Shown: positions 15,432-29,802 of the stretch, one piece after another
Position numbering within the stretch: position 1 is the first letter of the stretch
Layout of the letters: the number at the start of each line of letters is the position of its first letter
Assembly: GCF_009914755.1 (NCBI RefSeq)
Contig: NC_060937.1
Reading direction: 5' to 3' (one strand)
Length of the DNA stretch: 64,000 bases
Source of the DNA: the human T2T-CHM13v2.0 reference genome, Homo sapiens
Made by a program: the position numbers and the translations under genes
Notes under the pieces: model-generated
Database searches by the model: none
Told to the model about the DNA's origin: nothing
The model's input: the letters and a program-made list of their open reading frames with translations, nothing else

Positions 15432-17478
15432 GTAACAGTAGAATCCTAGTACCATGAACATCATTACCATTTTCAGTTTTTTATGATATATTAGAATTCA
15501 GTGTTACTGACATTGCTTTAACTAGGCCTCTGATTTGTCCTTGACAAACTTTTTTTTCTTGAAAATTATAATGTAGTTTGGTGACATTGACCATTCATCA
15601 GATCAATCCACATTTATTTATTTGTATTTGTTTAAATCAATAACTCTGTGCTCAGACTTTTATGTTCTCTAAAAGTTCTTCTGATGTCTCATATAATACC
15701 ATTTATCCAATATGTTTTATTTATATAATTTTTGTGGTCATTTTTACTTACTAAATTTATATATTTTATACCTGTCCTAAGAAAAGGGCTTGGTACAATA
15801 TGCAGGTTTAAAAGATAGAAAAATATTGGTAAATCAAGGCTAAGATGACAGAAAGAGGAAACAGCAAAATGAAACTAAAGAAAAAGTTAGCATGCAGAAA
15901 TACACATCAAATACATACCAGAATGTTTCAAGGTACAATCTAAGGTATTGCATCTAAACAGTTGTTTTAAAAACAAAAGAAGTATGTATTTCCCATTAAA
16001 AATTTTAAAAAATAAGCACTGGAATAAACACATTTAAACAATTATATTTACTATAGTATTTATCAGAGCCTTAAGATCACGTAAATCCCCACAAACATCT
16101 GGTAGGATTTTTGTTTCATGTAATAAAGTCACAAAGGTTTTTATTTTTAGGAAAACCAAGCTTTTTGTGGCACTGAAGTTTGAGACAGATTTCTCTCTTT
16201 GGTCTTCAAAACAGGGAAACTGAGTGATAAGAGTAGAGAAAATTCTCAGCATTATTTCTTCACTAACTACAGTAGTGTTTCATGTGAACATCCTAATGCT
16301 ACACATGTAATTTCCCGTAGATTTTATAAGGAATGTGAATTTTTTTACATTAGTCACTTCTTTGATTCTTCAATATTGGAAACAGTGCCTTTTTGCAAGC
16401 TATGTAGGCTTTTTAGCAGTTTTAAAAACTGAATTATAATAATAAAGTTTTATAGGGATAGAAATTTTATTTTTCATTTTTGCATTTTTTGCACCATTTT
16501 TTCCTATTTGTTAAAGTGTTCACCTGTAACATAAAAGCTAAAAAAGACAAAACAGCAATAAATCTAAAAACAGGCTTTAAACTTTCAGTTAAACTTTTGT
16601 ATATGGTAACACTTAAAAAGTGCGGAAGTCGCTGTATCCAAATGCCCACTGTTTGACAGAAAAGGACACTATTTATTGATGTAGTAACTATAATGAAAAT
16701 TGAAAAATATTGCAAAGTAAATTTATAAATTTTATTAAGTGTAGCCTTACCTTTTGACCAGAATTCTTACCATATTCATCTGCCAAAATCAGATGATATT
16801 GACATTGCAGTATTTGCTAAAATTTTTGAAGTATAGCAAACTTACAACCTTGTCAGTATGTAGGTAAGTAGGTAATTGATTGATAGATGGATAAATATGA
16901 TATGATAGGTATCTATTAGGATCTCTTAAGCAAATGTCATCTATGACAAAATTCTTATTTCCCCAAACATTTGGAAGCTTTTTGCTTTCTAATTATTTAT
17001 TGCTGTTTGACTGTTAGAAGCAAAATGATAGAAAAATATTAAGTACAAAGCAAATCACTTGCATTATGTTTCATAAAAGTAATTTCTAACCTTATTAGGT
17101 AAAAATTCAAAATTAGAAATACATTTTAAGAAGTTACTAATGGAGGCATATACAGACTTTAATACTGTGCAGCTGTTTCCTACAAAGCATTACTCTGTAA
17201 AACACTGCAATAACATGACTTTGATGAAACTTGTGTAAAATAAAAAATATAAGTATTTACTTTTCCTTTTCCAGAAGTGTAAGAGAAGATTGAAAAAGAT
17301 TAGAGGAAGAGACATGCTCCTTTTTAAAGAATGTTTTGTGAGATTTTACAGGACAAACAGTATCAGTTAAGATCAAACCTTAGGGATTGCACAGACATTT
17401 TATGCACGTGAGAGGTCTATTAGCATATTCACGACAGAACAAAGTATTAAACATTTTCAGTGCTTTGAAAAATATACT

Positions 17479-18255
17479 CAGTAATGGGATGGCTGGGTCA
17501 AATGGTATTTCCAGTTCTAGATCCTTGAGGAATCGCCACACTGACTTCCACAATGGTTGAACTAGTTTACAGTCCCACCAACAGTGTAAAAGTGTTCCTA
17601 TTTCTCCACATCCTCTCCAGCACCTGTTGTTTCCTGACTTTTTAATGATTGCCATTCTAACTGGTGTGAGATGGTATCTCATTGCGGTTTTGATTTGCAT
17701 TTCTCTGATGGCCAGTGATGATGAGCATTTTTTCATGTGTTTTTTGGCTGCATAAATGTCTTCTTTTGAGAAGTGTCTGTTCATGTCCTTCGCCCACTTT
17801 TTGATGGTGTTGTTTGTTTTTTTCTTGTAAATTTGTTTGAGTTCATTGTAGATTCTGGATATTAGCCCTTTGTCAGATGAGTAGGTTGCGGAGCCATAAA
17901 AAATGATGAGTTCATGTCCTTTGTAGGGACATGGATGAAATTGGAAATCATCATTCTCAGTAAACTATCGCAAGGAGAAAAAACCAAACACCACATATTC
18001 TCACTCATAGGTGGGAATTGAACAATGAGAACACATGGACACAGGAAGGGGAACATCACACTCTGGGGACTGTTGTGGGGTGGGGGGAGGGGGGAGGGAT
18101 AGCATCGGGAGATATACCTAATGCTAGATGATGAGTTAGTGGGTGCAGCGCACCAGCATGGCACATGTATACATATGTAACTAACCTGCACAATGTGCAC
18201 ATGTACCCTAAAACTTAAAGTATAATTAAAAAAAAAAAAAAGAAAAGAAAAAAAA
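17479..18255 (+). mobile_element. Young 5'-truncated, 5'-inverted L1 (L1PA2-like)
   Basis: 17479-17890 is the ORF2 C-terminal region on the minus strand ([35 protein letters not shown]). 17891-18255 is sense 3' end plus poly-A. TSD gaaaaatatact at 17467-17478 and 18256-18267. Confidence 0.93.
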
Positions 18256-18345
18256 GAAAAATATACTGAGTTAGAAAAACATATCTGAACATCTAGTAAA
18301 GTATAAAATATGTGGGTAATTTTAAATGAAAAACTCATTACTTTC

Positions 18346-18660
<315 letters not shown>

Positions 18661-20238
18661 AAAAACTCATTACTTCAATTCCGTAACAGACCTTACATTC
18701 ATTTCACTTTATAGCAATTACTTTTACCAATAATGTAATTATGTTGTTTTAAATATTAAGATTTTATGTAATGTTTAACAAAATTACATTCCCTTTTTTA
18801 CATCTATCTAAAGAGATTTGAGAGATAATGAAATTTAACACAATAAAATTTAAACCTTAGAACTTTTTAAAAAATCTAAATTTTTATACTGTCATACTTT
18901 GTTTTACAAAATGAGGACAAAAAAGTTTAGGAACCTTAAAATATTAACACTTTTGTGCGTGAAAAATACAGCTTTTATATAAATTGTTGAGTCTTTGTTA
19001 ATCATAATTAAAGTTAACAAAAAATGAACATAATTTACAAGTAATTTAAATATTCAGGATAAGCACCCTTGCAAATAAGAGTTTATTATGGAAATTCTAA
19101 CAGACTTTTTACTGCTGATGACCTCATTGTGTTATTTGAATTAGTCTCCTGAGGCCAAAAGAAAAGGCTCATAACAATTTATAAATGAATCTTCCTCTCT
19201 TGTGTAACATTATGTGTCCCTTTGAAACACTAATTTTCTACTACTTCTCTTGTTAAAATTAAGCCTTCGAGGGATCTTCATAGTTAATTATAAATATTAA
19301 ATTTTGAAATAAAGTAGACATTGTACTTAGTACTCTTGTTTTCTCTGTAAACATACTTAATTTATAGTATGCAACTTAAATCAAAATAATGTGCTTATTT
19401 GATACCATAAGCACGGACTCTGTATACCATTAATCCAAAATCAGACAAAAACTGAAGCTAAGGCAGTTTGCTATTTGAAATCATGAAGATGGTATGCTGG
19501 AAATTCCTAATGATTAGATGTGCTAAAATTTTGAGACTGTGATGCAATTAAGCACATGCTTTTTGAAGAAATCAGTATAGGGATTAGCATCATAATCAGT
19601 AAATAGGGTGGTGGTACTGATAGGAGAGGTCTTAGTGGCCTCAGCAAAATGCTTTCCAAGGAATCCGAATTTCCTGGATTATTCCATCACCCTTAGGTGT
19701 GTAGTTTAACAGTAAAAAGGATAGTTGTTCCATCTATATACTAACAGAATGAGACTAACATTCTATCAGGCTTCCATATGGAGGGTTGTCTTTCACACTC
19801 TGGGTAACTGGCTGTTAAGACAAGGTTTTCACTAATATGGTTGTCAAATGGTCAATCTCTTCACCTTCCCTCCATTGGGTTTCCTGTATTCCAAGCTAAA
19901 TTTTCATTATGTAGCTTATTAAGTAGAAGGAAAATAACGAAACTGTTGGTGTGGCCTTAACAGTTTAAACTAGATCACCTCTGATAATCTAGTTAACAAA
20001 AACTTGGTAAAGTCTAGATACTTTGTACTATGAATTATCCTCTTGGGCAGTTTATAACAAGTGTAATGATTTGTAATTAATATCAAAATCCAGTATGGTT
20101 AAAAATGTAATACAAAATAATGTATTTATGCTGTATGGCTAAAATGAATTAACAGTGAAATACTGAAAGTATAAAGATTTATTATCTAGGATATCTAATA
20201 TGACTGTATTAAACAAAATATTTTTTTTCTTTTAATAG

Positions 20239-20379
20239 CCAATTGGTGCTTTGAACCCCAAGAGAGCTGTGTTTTATGCAGAGCGTTATGAGACATGGGA
20301 AGATGATCAAAGCCCACCCTACCATTATAATACCCATTATTCAACAGCAACATCTACTTTATCCTGGCTTGTTCGAATT
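20239..20379 (+). CDS. NBEA: Neurobeachin BEACH-domain coding exon (141 nt, phase 0 to 0): [47 protein letters not shown]
   Basis: Acceptor ttttttcttttaatag|CCA and donor ATT|gtgagt. Contains the HYxTHYS BEACH motif. AVFY/ETW/SPPYHYN are NBEA-type rather than LRBA-type residues (recalled). Confidence 0.96.
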
Positions 20380-20655
20380 GTGAGTATCTTCATTGAGTTA
20401 GCTTGCCTTTGGTACCTTAAAATTTTAACATAAGTAAATTAAATAAAAATCAAATCAGTTGTAATTTGATTAACAAAGATTAGAGACGAGTGAAGTAGAA
20501 ATTAAAGATTTCAAAGTAGCAAAATATGAATTTTTTTTATTGAGTTGTCTCATTTGCAAAATTGGATTAGGAAGATAGTTATCTGTTGCTAGGTATTATG
20601 AGCTTAAACCAAACCAGTTGTCCAGTTATAAAGGAGCCAAAATTGAGTACATACC

Positions 20656-21277
<622 letters not shown>

Positions 21278-21399
21278 CTGGAGTGCATTCTTAATACCCA
21301 CTGCCTCCTTTCTCACAAATGAGGCACACTGGCACTTGCTCTCCCCCCCTCCCTCATTCTTTCTTCTTGGGCAGCATGTTTTAAAACCAGTTTCCAAAT

Positions 21400-22330
21400 G
21401 TTTTGAAAACCTCTTTCTGTTACTTTTCTCTTTCTCCTAGGACATAAATATATTTAAGTCTCACTGACCTTAAAAAAAAAAAAAAAAAAAAAAAAAGCCT
21501 CCTGCCAGCCTCCGCCCACTCTGAAGTTCTTTCCCATCTCTCTCCCTGCACAGTCAGATTCCTGAAAGCACAACCTCTGCTGTCCTGCAGTGCACTGTGG
21601 TACCTGTTGCCTCTACTTTATCACCTCCCATTCAGTCTTTAGCCTGGTTGATTTCAGTTCCACATCCATCACTTTACTGAACTGTTTTGGGGAGGTCACA
21701 TATTATGCAGATAGAGCATCCCATTTTTTACCTATCATGTCTCTTGAAGCATTTCACGCTATTGCTAATCTCTCCTTGAAATTTTCTTTCAAGTTCCTTT
21801 TACAATACCCTCTCCTGGTTTGCCTCCTGTCATCCTAACTGTTCTGCTCAGTCTCCTGTTCAGATTGTTTTTCCTTAATGTTCCTCTTCTACAGGATTTT
21901 TCTTTATATTTCAGCTGAGCTGTGTCATTCAGTTACAAGCTAGTGATTTCCAGCTTCTCTCTTCTTTGCAAACATTTCTCATGGGTTCCTGACCCATATT
22001 TCCAAGTGCCTACTAGATATTTCTACCTGAACATCTCACAGTACCATAAGCAGCATTTCAATAAATGAACTCCTCATCTCCCTCATGTACCTGCTGTGGT
22101 TAAATGCCGTGATTATTCACTCAGCTGCCCAATCTAGAAATTGGGAAGCTTTTTCCTAGATATTTTCTCTGTCTTTCCAACCTCTTACATCCAGTCAGAC
22201 ATCCACAGATTCTACCAACTAAATATCTCTATCTCCTTTTCTGTATACTGTGGCACTTTCTTTAATTTAGATTCCCATTCTCTCTCGCCTAGAGTATTGC
22301 CAAAGCTCTTAACAAACCTCTTTTCCTTTA
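21400..22330 (+). mobile_element. L2 (degenerate), with an A25 run at 21472-21496
   Basis: Pyrimidine-rich with cctgacccatatttccaagtgcctactagatatttctacctgaacatctcacag, typical of L2 ORF2. Confidence 0.65.
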
Positions 22331-24232
22331 TTCTTGCCTTCTCCATTCTGGTCTAGATAGGAGCACTATAAGTGACTGAGGAGTATTGTAGAATGCTAAA
22401 TTAAATCTCTTAATCAATAATTTTTCCCCTTATTAAGATATACCTCAGACCACTCTATTGTATGGGGCTGATGTGTCCAAGAAACACATTGGTAAAGCAG
22501 AGTATATGAAACTGCATCTCCTGTCTTCGAAAATATTTTTTCCCTTCACCTAAATGACAGCTCTAGTTTGTAGGTCTTCCTTAGGCATTCTCTCCATTAT
22601 GGGGAAAAAATTAACTTTCTACAGAAATTTAGTATGAATACATTTTAAGTAACTTGGAAACCACTGATAGGTGACAAACTACAATTATTTTTGTTAAGAA
22701 AAATGTTGTCAGAATTATGATTCTGTTTGAGCACAGATTTTATCCCTTTCATAATTCTACACCAGCATAAGAAGTTAAGGAAGTCTGGACTAACTAGTCT
22801 TTTGAGAAAACAAACCCAAATCTTACTTTTAAAAATGAACTCTGTAATGATAAACTAAAGGAAAAGACATAAAACTATTTTTAGACCAAAGTTATTAAAT
22901 CAGTCTAGTTTATCCAAACATTCACCTTAATTCTGTGAACTTGGATTCTTTTATAAAAAATGTTTCTGAGTTAGAAGTTTCTTGAGAAATACTTTTTAAA
23001 TCCGGCACTTTTAAAGTATAGATGTTCTCTTTTTTATTTTCTGTTAATTTTGAGAATATTAGATTTATGTCATTGCCTATTTATCTCTATAAAGCAATCA
23101 GAACAGAGCATCTTTAGTTTCTGGGTGATAATAATAATTCCAGAAGTAGGAAAATACTTCACACTCACAAGAGGCAAATGCTTTTCAAATTCCAGATACA
23201 TGGACACATAAAGAGCTTATAACTTCCAACCTGCAGTTTCAGCCACAAGTCAAAACTAAACAAAGTCACAAAAATTTACCAGTCAAGATCTCAAAAGAGC
23301 TGGCTTTCTTTATAATAGATATAAAATATGCTCTTAATTGATTTGAACTCTCAAATAGACAAGAATACAAAAAAACTAATTAATTGGATTCGCTGATCAC
23401 CAAATGATCAGACCATAAAACCAAAACTACATTCTCAATCATTACTGCCGCCAGTGGAAAATTACCTATTAGCTGTGCGGAAACCAGAAACAAACAAAAA
23501 AATCAGTAGAAGGAGTAAATTTTAAAACCTAGAAAAAAAAAGTCACTGGAGTTCAAATTCTGTTTGCTGCCTAGGGTCCACCCTGGAAGCTAAGAAAAGA
23601 TGTACCTGGGCTTAAGTAGCCCATGAGATATATTTCTTAAGCTACACAGTCAATTTGAGTTCATCAGGTTAGTCCACATGGAACTCTCAAGGGGACCACC
23701 AAAACTGTTAGCAAAGGAAATTTTTGGAAAACACTGAAACTAGAGATTTTCACCCTGGGAGGCCTTTTCATACCACCTCAGGTCCCGTCAATGACAATCA
23801 TTGCCTTAGTGAGCCACCACCATGGAGGGAGCAGGACACCTCTTGCAGGTACTTTGGGGATGAGGAAAAAGGTCAGGAGTCCTTCCTGAGAAAATGTTAT
23901 CAACTGGGTTGTTTGGAGAATTAAATGAGAGTATATATATGATAGTATTTTGAAATACATAAAGTGGTATTCACTGTTTTTTTACCTAATCAAGTTAGTC
24001 TGAAGCCAGATTTACAAGACTTCTTCAAGTGTGACTCCATAAGAATACTTGTTATGAACAGCCTAAGTTAACCTCATCTATCCCTAATCAGCTAAACACT
24101 TTCTCAAATCATAACTCAGAATTTATTCTTAAGTAGATTTATTATTCCAGCGAAATGGAATTCAAACTTGAATCTATGCAAGGGTATGCCAGAATATTCT
24201 GCACATTTATCCTACACATGCCCTTGTCTATA

Positions 24233-24560
24233 GCAGTGCTGCACAACAGAAATATAATGTAAACTACCATGTGACTTAAAATTTCTAGTAGCCACATTTA
24301 TAAGTAAAAAAAAGAAACAGGTAAAATTAATTTTAATAAATATATTTGTTAATCTACTATTTCCAAAATGTTATCATTTAAACATGTAACCAATATAAAA
24401 ATGTAAAATAAGGCATTTTACATTTTACATTTTTGGAGGGAGGGTACTGAGTCTTTGAAATTCAGAGTGTATTTTATATTTACAGTGCATCTCAATTTGA
24501 ACTAGCCACACTTCAAGTGCTCAATAGTGACATGTGGCTAGTGGCTACTGTTTTGGACAG
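24233..24560. mobile_element. MER33-like hAT-Charlie DNA transposon
   Basis: aaatttctagtagccacatt..aagtgctcaatag..catgtggctagtggctact..tggacag. Confidence 0.82.
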
Positions 24561-27394
24561 ATCTATAAAACTGCTTTTTTGGAGACTCAGCCCAAATATC
24601 TTATGTCACGTGGTTATAAATAAAAGTATCAGTCTAATGGTTTACTAAGTATTTATCCTTATGGTCCAGGGAATTGTAATGTCCTCACTCCCATTCCAAG
24701 GAGTTTATGAAATAGAAAATGCATTAAAATTTGGGTCACTAAGAATTTGTTCACAAAAATAAAATACACATTAAAATAAGTGTCTGTCCTTTACCTTAGA
24801 CCTTTTAGACCTAGTCATTAAACTTGTTATTTGTTTCAATGTACTTAGTATAACAACAATAATAATTGCTTAAAAATGCTAATTAACTACATACTTCATT
24901 ACTTTAAATTAAAAATATTATTTTAAACAAACTACCAGTGAAATCACTTGTCTACAATATGAGACCCTGAAAAGACTGTTTTCCTGACAGCTGCCATTGG
25001 GCAAATCATGAATAAACTTATAGCAGTGTTTGGAGTTTCTTCAGATATTAATATTAAAAGACACATTTTACTTGGAATGTTTTTACTTTACAACTTACCC
25101 TAGACATATAACATGTATACAGAAGTAATTAAATCTTTTTCCCTGGCTTGCTGACCACTCAGTAACTCGTTCACCTTCCAAATTCAGTATATTCAACCCT
25201 CCTATTCAAAACTCATTCGTCAAACATTTCATAATTTCCAAGGAAGTGATGTTTAGAATTTGACACTTTCTGTGTAAATTATGGCTTGTTTTGAAAGCTT
25301 ACCCTAAAGCCTCTTTAAACCATAATGTGTCTTTAAAAGTATATATGTATAGTAGAAACATTTTTGCAAGTGTTGTAACTAAAACCAAAAGATAGTGCTA
25401 CTGAATAAAATATTGTTGTTTATCTTGAATACTGAGGCATTAAGGACAATGCATATTTACTCAGAGGAAGATGAGAAATACTTAACCAAGAGCCTAGTGC
25501 ATGGTAGGTACATAGGTTAATTAGTGAAAACTTTTGGAAGATTCTAAAAGATACTTCTTGGCTCTTGGAAGAGAAATAGGAGAAAATAAACTTCTGGAAT
25601 TAGACAAAGGCCATTAGAAATAATGGTTCCTCCATTTGTTAGAATGTGACCTTGAATTTTCTCAGATATAAAAGGGGAATAATTACACCTACTCTGAAGG
25701 GCGATAGTAGGGATTCAGTTAACTTAGATAATACAGAGCCTGGCACAGAAAAATGCTTTGTAGCTGTTATTTCCCTTCCCTTTGTATTTTATTATGCTTC
25801 CAATCACTTCAAATATACATCTTTTCTTTGCTATAGTTATGTCCCAGGCACTACCTATTACCCATAAACGAGATTTGTTTTGGCTTTTAAATGGAATGAA
25901 GAGAAGGAAAAGAAGAACAGAACAGAACTACAAGAAGCGAAGGATGTAAAAGATTATTATGAGATGACTAAGCGAAAATCGTGTAAGACAGAAGAATGAA
26001 GAAGTTGAGTAAAGAGAAGAGGCAACAGGGAAACGGCATTAGATGCCCACGATGGAATTAGTTGATCTGTAATCATCCAAAAGCAAGAAAGGCTGTTAGT
26101 GTCTTCAGAGGGGACTAAGGGGTATGATAGAATACAGAAGGACAGGTACTTTCCAGTGCAGGCAAGGTGAGTTTTCCATCACTGAAAAAGGGTTGGAAGA
26201 TATGAAATGATGTTGGAGTGGATGTAATTAGGAGAAGAAAGTCTGCCATTGGCCATTTATATTGCAGGACCTAACCTGAACTTTGTAAAGACTAACGAGT
26301 TCCAGAATTGTAATTCCTGAAATTACCGTTTAATATGTATTCATTTATACATCTTATCTCCCATGCCTAAAACTTTTCTAATATAATGGTGAAATGTCCA
26401 ATCTGTTGATGTACACATGGAAAATGGCCCAATTGACAGGTAGTAGGCAAATAAATATAAAAGTTTTTTAAGGTTAATATAGCACCTAATCCTCTATGTT
26501 AGTCAGACATGAGTCAAATGAAAAAGAAAGGCTCTGCATTGTGGCTTGAAGGTAAAAGGGAAACACATGGAAAAAGCAATCTCCACAGTAATCAGAGCTT
26601 GAAAGATCAATACTTACTTATAAACAAATAGGTTATCAATTTCTATTAGTACTCTACCACTGTAGCAACTGGAGGCCTTCAGGTATAATGAGAATATATG
26701 TCAGTAATGTAATATGTGACCTTAAGACAGTTGTTAATCAGATCTTTTTAAAAGCTATTTAAAACACTGAAATGTGGAATTCAATATTCTCTGCTTTTAG
26801 GTGCCACCAGATTCATTCATAACTTTGTTACCGGAAATAAATATAATTCTTTAATTTCAGATTTCTTTTCACTAAGCCCATCTGTGCTATTCTTGGCATG
26901 TCTTTGTTAAGAGTTGAAAACTAGACAGGATTTTGTAATTTAGGTTGAGGTGGAGATCAGCTTTTAGCGGCTGATGATAAGAAGTACGGCTTTGCATGTA
27001 TAAATGGGTTTTCACTCACATCTGTTTAATAGGTTAAAAAACCTAGAGACAAGCCTGATCCCTCTAAATTAATCTCTGCCCACTACCTACAGTGAAAATT
27101 AAATGCCTTACATCAGCATCCTGCAATAATAAAGTGGGTTCTGAAGATAAAACTTTTTGGTCAAACCTACTAGTAGTTAAGAACTGAAAAGAAAACCCGT
27201 ATCTTACTCTCACCCACCATACTCCCATCTCCCAACAATACCTTGTATGTTTAGGTGTATTTAACACACATTTGTTAAACATTGTTAGCCATGTGCTGTG
27301 CTTGGGGCTGGGGATAGAGAGATAAATAAGGCCTTAGGAACTGGCAGTCTGGTGGGAAGTCCAACAGTGAATACTTGGTACAGTGCGTAAAGCT

Positions 27395-27620
27395 GGTAGT
27401 CATTTTCATAACTCTGTGCCAGGTAAGATACATCAAGCTTTCTCTATGTTATTTCATTTAATCTTATTTAATCCCATAATTCCCCCAAGGTATTGTCATT
27501 CCCAGTTTACATAGATGAAGGAATGGAGACAGTTGCTTGACACAGTTACTTAAGGTTAAGTAAGCTTGCCCAAGATAGAGAAATAGTTCCACCAAGATTC
27601 AAACTTAAATCTGTCATATT
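27395..27620 (-). mobile_element. MIR
   Basis: tgtgccagg..ttatttcatttaatctt..cccagtttacatagatgaaggaa. Confidence 0.6.
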
Positions 27621-28635
27621 GCATTCAGTTTACCATTGCTGCATCTACAATTTTTATATCCCCATTTTATTTAATATAATTTAGTGACAGATATGTTATT
27701 TTCACTACCTTATTTTTAATAGTGAATTAAACATCTAAAAAGCAAATAAATTAGTGAAAGACATGTCATATAATTTTTTTCTAACTTAATTTCACTAACA
27801 TTTATTTATTTCTCATATCACTTAAAATCCTAAACAGCAATATGGACTTCTTGGATGCATATCTGATTTTCAGGTGAATCAATACTGTCCCCCTTACTTG
27901 TATATTGTTTTTTCATTGTTGATCTTATCTCTTTCATCACCCTTTTCTCTCATCCAACACTGAACATGAAATAGTGGCAACATATTACAAGTTTACAAAA
28001 TTGATGACATCTGGCCATACTAAATTTCAGGGAGATATTGAGGAAGATCAGTATTTGTTGCTTTTACTCCAACAGCCAGCCCTTAAGGTTAGTGGCAAGA
28101 AAGGGAGTTTAAGGGGGCAAAGTATGTCCCCTTTGTACATACATACAAAGGAATTGTAAAGCATACAAAGGAATGAACAGAGATTACATATTAAAGAAAG
28201 AGGACTAAAATATTTTGGAAAATGTCATGTAGGTTTCTTAGCATTATTGAACCTGGGAATGACATGTCATTCATCCTAGACTTGAGAGAGAAGAATTGAA
28301 GCAGGGAAAGGGAAATATGTATCTATCTTTGCTATAATTGTAGTTAAGAAATCCTTAGCAGAAATGAATGTTATTTAATCCTTTTAAACTTGGAAGCAAA
28401 TTTAATGACATCAAAAACATAAGAACAACCTAAGAACTCCCAGTGTGAGAACTCCCAACTTAAGAATTACAGGTAAAGCATTAAAATTAAATGCATTAGG
28501 ACATTGCAATAAAGTTATTCCTAGGTTTTCTGCTATAGGAACATGTACTGGATGGCAGACACTATGTTATCCAAAGACAATAGTCACAGAATGCAAAAAG
28601 GTCTAGTTCATCTACTGTCATTTGTACTTACTTTA

Positions 28636-29165
28636 TTCTTCGTTCAACAGATTATATATTGAGCAACTTCTATGTACCAGGAGTTGTTCTAAGTGTTGGA
28701 GATAAAACAATGAATAAGGTAGATACGGAACCTACTCATAGTGGGGAATATAGACAGATTAACAATCAATTAAAACCAGTGTGATAAATGTTTCAGTGCT
28801 GTTTGAGGAAACACAGATTGCTATTTGAGCATACTGGAGAGCCGTGGTAGCGCAAGGAAAGTTTTTCAGGAGAAAATGACATCATGGCTGAGTCTTAAAG
28901 GATAAAAAGAACTTAGTCAGGTCAGAATAGTGAAATAAATGGGTAAGTTTATACCCGGCCTAGGGAACATCACAGACAAAGGACAAGAGGTGAGAGTAGT
29001 GTGGCAAGATTTTAGAGTGTGAAGAGGGGAATGGTGAGAGATAAGAGTTAAGCAGGTTCCAGATCATTCAGCCTCTTGTAAAACAAATTAGGTAGTTTAG
29101 ACTCTCTCCTAATCACTCCCAAGAGCTATTGAAGGTTTTTAAGCAGGGATTTGCATTTTAAAAAC
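28636..29165 (-). mobile_element. L2
   Basis: ttcgttcaacagattatatattgagc..tatgtaccagg, through gaaggtttttaagcaggg. Confidence 0.7.
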
Positions 29166-29222
29166 ATTATCAGACCATAAGGTAGTACTAATACTTTCGT
29201 AGTCTTTCACAGGTAATCTAAG

Positions 29223-29336
29223 ATGGACATTCTCTACCTAATTCCACACTGCAGTGATCAGTATCAGAGTGATTTTTGTGATCAGTATCAGAGTGATTTT
29301 TGTGATCAGTATCAGAGTGATTTTTCTTATTGCAAT
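29223..29336 (+). CDS. NBEA: Candidate alternative N-terminal coding segment MDILYLIPHCSDQYQSDFCDQYQSDFCDQYQSDFSYCN, in frame with exon 29683-29802
   Basis: ATG in a good context (AAGATGG), 38 codons, then donor-like AAT|gttagt in phase 0, matching the phase-0 acceptor 346 nt downstream. No transcript evidence is available here. Confidence 0.5.
29254..29325. repeat. Perfect tandem repeat, 3 x 24 bp (gtgatcagtatcagagtgattttt)
   Basis: Three identical copies at 29254, 29278 and 29302, read directly. Confidence 0.97.
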
Positions 29337-29682
29337 GTTAGTGTATATATAGCCTTAATTATTCGAAAGAAAAATCCAACTTATGAATTGTCATTAATGC
29401 AAAATTATTTATCAGAAAATCGTAGAGCACTGGAACCCCATCATTTCACAGATGAGAAGACCAGAAGCAAAATGACCTGCCAGAGTTGCAGACTGACAAC
29501 TGCTGCCTTGGCCTAGTCAAGCCCAGACAGGCATCTCCTACTGCCTTAATTTGGGGGCATCTTTCTAGGACCCTGATCTGCCTCCACATCTTGAAGGATT
29601 TTCAAGATAGCCATGTTTCACAAAGGAACGAGGGCAGCTGTGTTTAGAGTGGTCAAATTTCTGATTCTGTTTTTTTGCTTAG

Positions 29683-29802
29683 GAACCTTTCACAACCTTC
29701 TTCCTCAATGCAAATGATGGAAAATTTGATCATCCAGATCGAACCTTCTCATCCGTTGCAAGGTCTTGGAGAACTAGTCAGAGAGATACTTCTGATGTAA
29801 AG
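29683..29802 (+). CDS. NBEA: Neurobeachin BEACH-domain coding exon (120 nt, phase 0 to 0): [40 protein letters not shown]
   Basis: Acceptor gtttttttgcttag|GAA and donor AAG|gtaggc. [10 protein letters not shown] is a BEACH motif. Absent from the ORF track; translated by hand. Confidence 0.96.

Noticed and set aside
27860-27880. Other YAG|GT motifs (ttttcag|gtgaat here; also about 4804 and 50747)
   Set aside because: I found no supporting branch point, partner donor or frame relationship. Such motifs arise by chance in AT-rich introns.
29254-29325. CRISPR-like appearance of the 24-bp repeats
   Set aside because: The repeats are directly adjacent with no spacers, there are no cas genes, and the context is eukaryotic.
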